Assembly (NCBI GenBank): GCA_963851265.1
Contig: CAWKNZ010000001.1
Location: 128,001-192,000 of the forward strand
From: an uncultured Gemmatimonadales bacterium
GTDB taxonomy: Bacteria > Gemmatimonadota > Gemmatimonadetes > Gemmatimonadales > Gemmatimonadaceae
Length of the DNA: 64,000 nucleotides
Reading direction: 5' to 3'
Shown here: positions 57,064 to 64,000 of the stretch, piece after piece
Numbering within the stretch: the first letter of the stretch is position 1
Layout of the letters: each line of letters starts with the position of its first letter
Program-made: the position numbers and the translations under genes
The notes under the pieces: generated by a model
What the model was told of the DNA's origin: nothing
Seen by the model: the letters and a program-made list of their open reading frames with translations, nothing else
The model's database searches: none

Positions 57064-58116
57064 GTGCTGACGACGAGCTACGGGGAGCGCGCGGAAATCT
57101 CGCGGCCGGCGACGCGGTGCCTGGTCGCCGTGCTCGCGGCGCTTGCCGGGTGCGGGCGCGACGCGCCGCGGCCGGCTGCCCGCGTCGCGGCGCGCGCGCC
57201 AGCAGTCGTGGTCGCGACGCCGGCGGGGCACGAACACACCTGGGACGACGCCGCGGGCGTCGGACTCGTGGTGCACGCGGGCACGGGGCAGGAGGTGCTC
57301 GTCTCGCCCGACACGGCCGAGGCGCGCAGCGGCCTGGCCCGCGCCGCGGCGGGCGCGTCCGACGGCGGCGTCGTCCTCTTCGGGCGGGCGGGCCTGCTCG
57401 GCCACGCCCAGGCCGACTCCACGTTCGACGGCGTTCCGCTCGCGGGCGCGTGCGCGACCTGGTCCGCGCTGCGGCTCGGGCCGTCGTCGGGCGCGGACGT
57501 CTCGCCAGCCTGGTCGGTCGGCTTCGTCGTTCCCGCGGGCACCGCACGACCGAAGGCGCTCGCCCTCGATTCGCTCGGCGTACTTTCGTCGCGCGATTCG
57601 GCCACGCTCGCCGCGGCGGTCACGCGTCTGGCCGCGTCGCTCCCCGACACGGGCGCCCGCGGCATTCGTCGGCGGCCTGCCCTCCGCGGCGTGCCGTTCC
57701 GCGTCCGCGACGCGCACCGCTTCACCACGAACGACGGATCGAGTGCCGTCGTTGCCGTCCTCACGCGCACCATGAATACCGAAGCCACCCCGTTCGCCGA
57801 GCAGATCCTGCTCGTCGCCGAGCGTCGATCGACGCAGCCGTACCGGCTCACCTATGCGGAGTCGGTCGCAGGCGTCGAGGAGTCGCTCCCCGCGATGGAC
57901 GTGCTCGCCGCCGTCGAGCTGCCCGCGACGGCCACGTCCCTGCCGCCCGCCCAGCCCGCGCGCGCCGCGCTCGTCCTCGGTCGCGATGGTGACGACGGCA
58001 GTCGGTACACGCTGCTCGAGCGCGAGTCGCCGGGCCGCTGGCGGGCGCGCTGGACGAGCGCGGTCTGCCGCGTCGGCGGCGCGTCGGCCACCCGCGGGAG
58101 CGTGCATGCGAGCTGA
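57064..58116 (+). CDS. Hypothetical lipoprotein
   Basis: Lipobox LAGC; coding-like frame; start approximate. Confidence 0.65.
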   Translation: MLTTSYGERAEISRPATRCLVAVLAALAGCGRDAPRPAARVAARAPAVVVATPAGHEHTWDDAAGVGLVVHAGTGQEVLVSPDTAEARSGLARAAAGASDGGVVLFGRAGLLGHAQADSTFDGVPLAGACATWSALRLGPSSGADVSPAWSVGFVVPAGTARPKALALDSLGVLSSRDSATLAAAVTRLAASLPDTGARGIRRRPALRGVPFRVRDAHRFTTNDGSSAVVAVLTRTMNTEATPFAEQILLVAERRSTQPYRLTYAESVAGVEESLPAMDVLAAVELPATATSLPPAQPARAALVLGRDGDDGSRYTLLERESPGRWRARWTSAVCRVGGASATRGSVHAS

Positions 58117-59035
58117 CCGCGGCCGCAGGGCCCACGGCGCCGCCCCACCCGTCGCCCGGCGCGGCGCCTATCGGACCGCCCACCGCGCCGCCCACCGCGC
58201 CGCCTTCGGCCCGGTCCGCGCCGCGATGACCCTCGGTGCTGCCGTGCTTCTCGCCGCAGCCTGCACGGCGCCGAGCGTGCCACGTGCCACACCTGCGCCG
58301 GCTCCTGTCGCGTCGGCGAGCGGCGCGGCGGGTTCGAGCGGGGTCGGGACGAGGGACGTGAGCACGACGGGAGCTGGCTCGCCGGCGGCGTCCGCGCGAA
58401 CGCCTGTCACGACCGCCGCCGATTCGTCGCTCGCGACGACCAACGCCCCCCCGGCGCCGCTCGCCGACGACGCGACCGCGGCCGCACTGATGACCGACGT
58501 GCGCGCCGCCGAGTCGACCATTCGCGTCGAACTCCGTTACGCGACGCCGTACAACTTCACCGGTGCCGTGCTCCCGGGCTACGAGGCACCCCATGCACTC
58601 CTACGTCGCGAGGCCGCGGCCGCACTCGCCCAGGTGCAGCGCGCCCTCGCAGCCGACGGGCTCGGGCTCAAGGTGTTCGACGCGTACCGGCCCGTGCGTG
58701 CGACCGACGCGATGGTCGCGTGGACGCGCCAGGTGCACCGTGAGGACCTGCTCCGGGATGGGTACATCGCCGAGTTGAGCCGGCACAACCTCGGCGTGGC
58801 CGTCGACCTCACGCTGGTGGAGCTCGCCAGCGGCCGCGAGCTGAAGATGGGCACCGCGTTCGACACCTTCGCCGCGTCGGCGCACACCGCGAACGCGACC
58901 GGTGAGGCCGCGCGCAACCGGGCGCGCCTCGTGCGCGCGATGGGTGCCGCAGGGTTCGTGAACCTTCCGGAGGAGTGGTGGCATTTCAGCTATCCGGTGC
59001 CCGACCCGCGGCGGTTCGACCTCGTCATCCGCTGA
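58106..59035 (+). CDS. D-Ala-D-Ala dipeptidase (M15D, VanX/DdpX-like) lipoprotein
   Basis: LRYAT..NFTG, KVFDAYRP, SRHNLGVAVDLTL, MGTAFD, EEWWHF; alternative start 58226. Confidence 0.9.
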   Translation: MRADRGRRAHGAAPPVARRGAYRTAHRAAHRAAFGPVRAAMTLGAAVLLAAACTAPSVPRATPAPAPVASASGAAGSSGVGTRDVSTTGAGSPAASARTPVTTAADSSLATTNAPPAPLADDATAAALMTDVRAAESTIRVELRYATPYNFTGAVLPGYEAPHALLRREAAAALAQVQRALAADGLGLKVFDAYRPVRATDAMVAWTRQVHREDLLRDGYIAELSRHNLGVAVDLTLVELASGRELKMGTAFDTFAASAHTANATGEAARNRARLVRAMGAAGFVNLPEEWWHFSYPVPDPRRFDLVIR

Positions 59036-59058
59036 TCCGTCTCCTCTTCCTTCAGTTC

Positions 59059-59982
59059 ATGCCCGCACCTCGCACGATCGCCCCACTCGCCGCCGCGCTC
59101 GGAATCGCGCTGGTCACCGCCTGCGCGTCCAGCCCGAGCATGGTCCACGATCACGCCGGAATGGCGGGGATGAGTCCCGCGCCGGCCGCCGCTCCGACGC
59201 CGGGCGTGGGCGCGGCCAACCTCCCCGCCGACGCGGCCGGTGCGGTCGCGCGGCTCAACGCCTCGCCACGGCATGGCGAGTACGTCACCATCCGGTCCGG
59301 CAACGATTCCGTGCGCGCGTGGGTGGTCTATCCCCAGCGCTCCACTCGCGCCCCGGTGGTCGTGGTCGTGCACGAAATCTTCGGCCTGTCGAGCTGGGTG
59401 CGTGCGGTGGCCGACCAGCTCGCGGCCGAAGGGTACATCGCGATCGCGCCCGACTTCCTCACCGGGTACCCGAACGAGGGGAACCCCGACAACGTCGGCA
59501 TGCAGGGCGCCGTGCGGCAGATCTCGCAGCTCGACGTGGGGCAGGTGCAGCGGCGGATCACGATGGCCGCCGAGTACGCCACGAGCCAGCCCTCGGCGCT
59601 GCTGCAGTACGGCGTGGTCGGATTTTGCTGGGGCGGATCGATCTCGTTCGCGCACGCGGTTTTCGCGGCGTCGCAGGGCACGCCGCAGCTCAAGGCGTCG
59701 GTGGTCTACTACGGGACCGCGCCGCGCTCGTCCGAGCTGGCCAGCGAGCGCGTGCCGATCCTCGGCCTGTTCGGCGGCAACGACGCGCGCGTGGTCTCGA
59801 CGCTCCCGCCGGCCGACTCGACCCTCCGCGCGCTCGGGCGCACGCACGAGTTCGACGTGTACGCGGGCGCGGGGCACGGCTTCCTGCGCCAGCAGAGCGA
59901 CTCGAGCGGCGCCAACCTCGCCGCGACCCGTCAGGCCTGGCCGCGTACGGTCGCCTGGTTCAAGCAGTACCTTGGCAGCTGA
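59059..59982 (+). CDS. Dienelactone hydrolase family lipoprotein
   Basis: VHEIFG, GFCWGG, YYG, AGHGF; lipobox VTAC. Confidence 0.92.
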   Translation: MPAPRTIAPLAAALGIALVTACASSPSMVHDHAGMAGMSPAPAAAPTPGVGAANLPADAAGAVARLNASPRHGEYVTIRSGNDSVRAWVVYPQRSTRAPVVVVVHEIFGLSSWVRAVADQLAAEGYIAIAPDFLTGYPNEGNPDNVGMQGAVRQISQLDVGQVQRRITMAAEYATSQPSALLQYGVVGFCWGGSISFAHAVFAASQGTPQLKASVVYYGTAPRSSELASERVPILGLFGGNDARVVSTLPPADSTLRALGRTHEFDVYAGAGHGFLRQQSDSSGANLAATRQAWPRTVAWFKQYLGS

Positions 59983-60049
59983 CGGCTGACGCGCCGCCGC
60001 CGGGAACCACCGGCGGACCGCGCGCGCTGTTCCGCTTTACATTGGCCGC

Positions 60050-60613
60050 ATGTCGCTGCTTTTCGTCGCCTGCTTCGTCGCCGGACTCGTGCTCGGCGTG
60101 TACGTCATGCTCAACGGCGTGGAACGCGCGCCGCAGCCGACGGGGCGCGCGCCGCACGAGGAGACCGGCGCGCACGACCCGCGTACGGAACCGCCGAAAG
60201 TCTTCAACGTTCAGACCGCGTCGGCGTTCGCGGTCGTCTTCGGCGGGGCGGGGTACCTCGCCATGCGGGCAGGGTGGACCAGCGCGGCCACCCTGGGCGT
60301 CGCGATCGTGGCCGGCGTCGCCAGCGCGGTGCTCTCGTTCGTCCTGCTCGCCAAGTGGGCACTGCCGAGTGCGCGGCGCGATGTCGTCGACGCGCGCTAC
60401 CTGATGCAGGGACATCCCGCCACGGTCACCCGTGCCATCCCGGCGGGCGGACTCGGCGAGATCGCCTACGAGATGGACGGGCGACGCTGGACGCTCGAGG
60501 CACGTGGGTGGGATGACTCGCCGGTCGGGCTCGGTGAGGAAGTGGCGATCGATCGGGTGGAAGGTGGGGTGGCGTACGTCGAGCAGTGGGCGCAGGTGGA
60601 AGCACGCCTCTGA
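60050..60613 (+). CDS. NfeD-like membrane protein (C-terminal OB fold)
   Basis: TM helices, then G..ATV...IPAGGLGEI...G.EVAIDRVEGG.AYV. Confidence 0.8.
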   Translation: MSLLFVACFVAGLVLGVYVMLNGVERAPQPTGRAPHEETGAHDPRTEPPKVFNVQTASAFAVVFGGAGYLAMRAGWTSAATLGVAIVAGVASAVLSFVLLAKWALPSARRDVVDARYLMQGHPATVTRAIPAGGLGEIAYEMDGRRWTLEARGWDDSPVGLGEEVAIDRVEGGVAYVEQWAQVEARL

Positions 60614-60635
60614 CGCGAGGCGGGGGGGTGGTGCG

Positions 60636-60929
60636 ATGTCGGACGCGGTCATCTTCGTGCTCGTCTTCGGGGGCCTCTTCGTCCTCCGAATCGTCGCGGC
60701 CACGGTGTTCTTCTTCTGTCTGCTGCCCGAAGGAGATCGTTGCCTGAACTGCGACGCGCCCACCCTTCGCGTACAGCGCGTGTTCTGGCACCGATGGGTA
60801 CCCTGGTTCCGGCCGAGCTGGTGCATGGAGTGCGGCTGGCACGGCCTGTTACGTTCCGGTCCGACCACCCCGCAGCCGACCGACGTCGCGCTGCCGCCGC
60901 CGAAGATCGTGACCAAGAAGCCGACGTAA
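60636..60929 (+). CDS. Small membrane-anchored zinc-ribbon protein
   Basis: N-terminal TM; CLNC ... CMEC. Confidence 0.7.
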   Translation: MSDAVIFVLVFGGLFVLRIVAATVFFFCLLPEGDRCLNCDAPTLRVQRVFWHRWVPWFRPSWCMECGWHGLLRSGPTTPQPTDVALPPPKIVTKKPT

Positions 60930-60948
60930 CGTCGGCGAACCGCCCTGA

Positions 60949-61812
60949 ATGGATCGACGCAAGTTCCTGCAGCACCTCGGTTGGCGCGGAACGGGCGTCG
61001 CAGCACTCGCGGGAACGGCAGCTCTCGGGATCTACGCGCACGACGTCGAGCCGTTCTGGGACGAACTCGTCGTGCGGCAGCTGCCGGTCGCGTCACTTCC
61101 GCCCGCACTCGACGGCGCCCGCCTCGCTCTACTTACCGACCTTCACGTCGGTCCGAGCGTCAGCGACGTCTACCTGGCCGGCGTCTTCGCTCGGGTTCGT
61201 CAGACCCGCCCCGACATCGTCGTCCTCGGCGGCGACGCGCTGACCCACCGCTCACGGGGCGGCGAAGCGCAGTACCTGCGCCTCCGCTCCGTGCTCGCCG
61301 GATTCCCCCGCGGCCGACTCGCCACGGTCGCCGTGCTCGGCAACCATGATTACGGCAGAGACTGGCGCGAGCCCGACGTGGCTGCCCGGGTCACGGCCGA
61401 GCTCGAGCGGGCCGGCGTCCGCGTCCTGCGCAACGACGCGGTGAACGTTGCCGGGCTCGATCTCGTCGGCGTCGAAGACCTGTGGTCCGGCGGCGCGGAC
61501 GCGTGGCGCGCCCTCAGCGCACGCCGCGGTGACGCCGCGATCGCGATCTGTCACAACCCGGATGGGGCCGACGAACTCGACTGGGGGGATTTCCGCGGCT
61601 GGATTCTCGCCGGGCACACGCACGGCGGCCAGTGCCGCCCGCCCTTTCTCCCGCCGCCCATCCTCCCGGTGCGCAACCACCGGTACAGCGCCGGCGAGGT
61701 GAGTGCGCCCGGCGGGCGCACGCTCTACATCAGTCGTGGCGTGGGGCACATCCTCAGAGTGCGGTTCAACGTGAGGCCGGAGGCGACTGTTTTCACGTTG
61801 CGGGCCGTGTGA
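60949..61812 (+). CDS. Metallophosphoesterase (YkuE-like) with Tat-like signal
   Basis: MDRRKFL; DLH, GD, GNHD, HNPD, GHTHGGQ, SRGVG. Confidence 0.93.
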   Translation: MDRRKFLQHLGWRGTGVAALAGTAALGIYAHDVEPFWDELVVRQLPVASLPPALDGARLALLTDLHVGPSVSDVYLAGVFARVRQTRPDIVVLGGDALTHRSRGGEAQYLRLRSVLAGFPRGRLATVAVLGNHDYGRDWREPDVAARVTAELERAGVRVLRNDAVNVAGLDLVGVEDLWSGGADAWRALSARRGDAAIAICHNPDGADELDWGDFRGWILAGHTHGGQCRPPFLPPPILPVRNHRYSAGEVSAPGGRTLYISRGVGHILRVRFNVRPEATVFTLRAV

Positions 61813-61968
61813 TGCGAGGGGGTGCGCGGGATCGGATCCGCGTGGGAGCCCGTGACCGGCCGCGGATGCAGGGACCGGCGAGTACATCCCCGGCCCCGGT
61901 GTTCGATCAGCACCTATCCGTGGCCGGTCACGGCCACGCGCGACGCCCTCGCCGTTCGCCCCGCCAGT

Positions 61969-62883
61969 TCACCGCCTCCGCTGTCGCTGGATCGGCACAT
62001 ACTCCCCGCGCTGCAACGCGATCGTGTACGCCCGCACCCGCGCGAGGTAATCCGCCGCCTCCACCCCCGCCGGCCCGAGCTCGGGCAACCGCCGCACCCA
62101 CTCGACCCCCAGGCGGTCGACCGCGTCGTGGGTCCAGACGTAGCCCTGGTTGTAACTCACGGCCACGAGGTCGAACAGCCGGTCCGACCCGATCGGCTGC
62201 CCGGCTGCGAGCTTCTGGCTGGCGAAGGTGCCGTACCCGCCGGGCCATGCATCGCTCGTCCACTTGGTCTGCAGCAGCCGGATCCAGTACTCGGCCGCCC
62301 GCGTGCTCAGCGCGGGATCGAACAGGTACTCGGTCCGGCTCGTGACGGCGCCGCGGGCGAGGCGGGCCCGCACGCTGTCGGCGCTGATGGGCGTCGCGGT
62401 CGAATCGACGTGGATTGCCGGATCGCGCGGCCACCCGTTGACCTCGGCCGCCATCCACGAGAACGACGGCGAGACGGTCATCGCACGCAGGTCGGCGTCG
62501 GCGCGCGGGGTGAGCTGTGCGATGCCGAGCGCGGGGACCGGGCTCACGGCGAGCGTATCGAGCGCGCTCTCCTTGATGAACAGGGCGGCGACGAAATTGG
62601 GGTCGATCTGGATGCGCGGGTTGACCGCGTCGCGTTCGAGCATGGGCACGACCCGCGTGTAGAACGCGTCGCGGTCGCTCGCCTGGATGAGGCGCGGCGA
62701 TCCGTTGGCATTCGTGAACGCGGTCGGCGACGGCCGACCGACGTGGGCCTCGCCGTACAACGTCACAGACAGCGGATCGGGGTGCGACGCGCACGCCGCG
62801 CCGAGCACGGTTGTGAGGGCGGCACCGACGGTGCGCAGGGGTAGGGCGAACGCGCCGGATGGGCGCGGGGCAGATCGAAGCAT
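61969..62883 (-). CDS. SLT/lytic-transglycosylase-like lipoprotein
   Basis: Lipobox GAAC; AALFIKES, ALGIAQL, SYNQG. Confidence 0.75.
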   Translation of the reverse strand: MLRSAPRPSGAFALPLRTVGAALTTVLGAACASHPDPLSVTLYGEAHVGRPSPTAFTNANGSPRLIQASDRDAFYTRVVPMLERDAVNPRIQIDPNFVAALFIKESALDTLAVSPVPALGIAQLTPRADADLRAMTVSPSFSWMAAEVNGWPRDPAIHVDSTATPISADSVRARLARGAVTSRTEYLFDPALSTRAAEYWIRLLQTKWTSDAWPGGYGTFASQKLAAGQPIGSDRLFDLVAVSYNQGYVWTHDAVDRLGVEWVRRLPELGPAGVEAADYLARVRAYTIALQRGEYVPIQRQRRR

Positions 62884-63039
62884 GAACCGGGTCAATGTGG
62901 TGCGGCGTGGAACGGGCGTCGGAGTCGTGCGGGCTCGCGCCGCTCGGCAGACCCGAGTCCCTCGGGGCGGCGCGTGCAGATCGCCCGTGGTGCGTCGCGC
63001 GCGGATTTCCATGCGGCGGTACAGCGCGGGCCTTCGCTG

Positions 63040-63360
63040 CTACGGCATCGCTCCCGCACCTTGTACACCCGATCCCCCGGCATCCCCCACGTACACGCGG
63101 AGCCACTCCGGCCAGTTGCTCGGCATTTCGAAGAAATCGTCGAAGTAGCGCAGGCCGAGCGCTTCGAGGTCGGCGAGAAGGGCACCGAGTGCGTCCTCGT
63201 CGTGAATCGGACCGAGCGCCACGAGTCCGCCCTCCACACGAAACTCGTCCGCCGTGAGCGTGAGTCGTTCGTCGAGCGCGGCTCGCACGAGCCCGGCGCG
63301 CTCGTAGGCGGCGCGCCGGATGACGAGCGTGACGTGGCCGGGGGTGATGCTGAGTGCCAT
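63040..63360 (-). CDS. Hypothetical protein
   Basis: Coding-like frame MALSITPG...GLRYFDDFFE. Confidence 0.65.
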   Translation of the reverse strand: MALSITPGHVTLVIRRAAYERAGLVRAALDERLTLTADEFRVEGGLVALGPIHDEDALGALLADLEALGLRYFDDFFEMPSNWPEWLRVYVGDAGGSGVQGAGAMP

Positions 63361-63385
63361 GCGGGCGTGTGGATCGAAGGAGTGG

Positions 63386-64000
63386 TCAGGGCCGCGTGTC
63401 GCGCGCATCGCGCGGCGTAGTGCCGCGCGCCAGCCGGCTCATGAAGACGGCCGCGCGCGCCGCGCTCATCCGGAGCGACGGCAGGTAGATGAGTTCATGC
63501 GGGCTGTGCGCGCCCGCCCCGTCCACCCCCAGCCCGTCGATGCCGGGCATGAGCGGCGCCACGAACGACACGTCCCCCGCCCCGCGGCTCTCGGGCGGCG
63601 AGGTCGTCACGGCGGGGTAGCCCAGCGCGGAGCTCGCGCCGGAGTAGAGCGCGAGCAGGCGCGCGTTGGCCGGTGTCGCGGTCATCGCGGGGTACGCGTC
63701 CTCGAACGTGAAGCGCGCCTCGGTGCCGGCGAGCGAGTGCCCCGCGATCTGCCGCATGCGCGTGCGTGCCGAATCCTTCTGCCCCTCCGACAGAAACCGC
63801 AAGTCTCCTGTCGCCTCGAACGCGGGCGGCACGATGTTGCTCTTGCCGTCGGCCAGCAGCGTTCCCGCGGCCGAATCGGCGGCGACATGGGCCCCGCCGG
63901 CGAGGAGTCCCACGTTGAGCGTGAGTCCCGGCTCCCCGGACAGCGTGCGCCGCACGTCATCCAGGACCCGGGCACCTTCGTACACGGCCCCGTAGCCCAC
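63386..64000 (-). CDS. M20/M25/M40 metallopeptidase, C-terminal part (runs off right edge)
   Basis: KSNIVP...GDLR, GAGDVSF, DGLG..GAGAHSPHE. Confidence 0.88.
   Translation of the reverse strand: MGYGAVYEGARVLDDVRRTLSGEPGLTLNVGLLAGGAHVAADSAAGTLLADGKSNIVPPAFEATGDLRFLSEGQKDSARTRMRQIAGHSLAGTEARFTFEDAYPAMTATPANARLLALYSGASSALGYPAVTTSPPESRGAGDVSFVAPLMPGIDGLGVDGAGAHSPHELIYLPSLRMSAARAAVFMSRLARGTTPRDARDTRP

Noticed and set aside
58106..59035. VanX as part of a glycopeptide-resistance cluster
   Set aside because: No vanH/vanA/vanRS nearby; an exported lipoprotein form fits cell-wall turnover

Overview
Very GC-rich (roughly 75%) bacterial chromosomal segment. The gene content and style suggest Gemmatimonadota (Gemmatirosa-like), which is an inference. 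I support about 60 CDS; I saw no rRNA, tRNA, CRISPR array, integrase or transposase. Housekeeping genes include polA, a cold-shock gene with a near-consensus sigma70 promoter, pgm, menA and a frameshifted ABC-F ATPase. Main points of interest: (1) an unannotated 33-aa Tyr/Phe-rich leader peptide plus intrinsic terminator, i.e. a ribosome-mediated attenuator, ahead of an aroF-pheA-tyrA-aroH-aminotransferase operon; (2) an 11-22 kb lipid head-group cluster (HAD, nucleotidyltransferase, ATP-grasp, class-III aminotransferase, CDP-alcohol phosphotransferase, Gfo/Idh/MocA, LPG-synthase-like TM protein) converging on a bacterial ceramide-synthase-like GNAT, which may make an undescribed amino-polyol/aminocyclitol phospho(sphingo)lipid; (3) the octamer GCCTAACG/CGTTAGGC, found 16 times in both orientations and often written into genes through rare TTA codons; (4) a tandem P19/Tp34-like lipoprotein whose metal ligands appear split between its two domains; (5) a HAD-deaminase fusion and a Phi-1/EXORDIUM-like domain fused to a 7-blade lectin propeller. 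All family assignments come from motif recognition by eye, not database searches.
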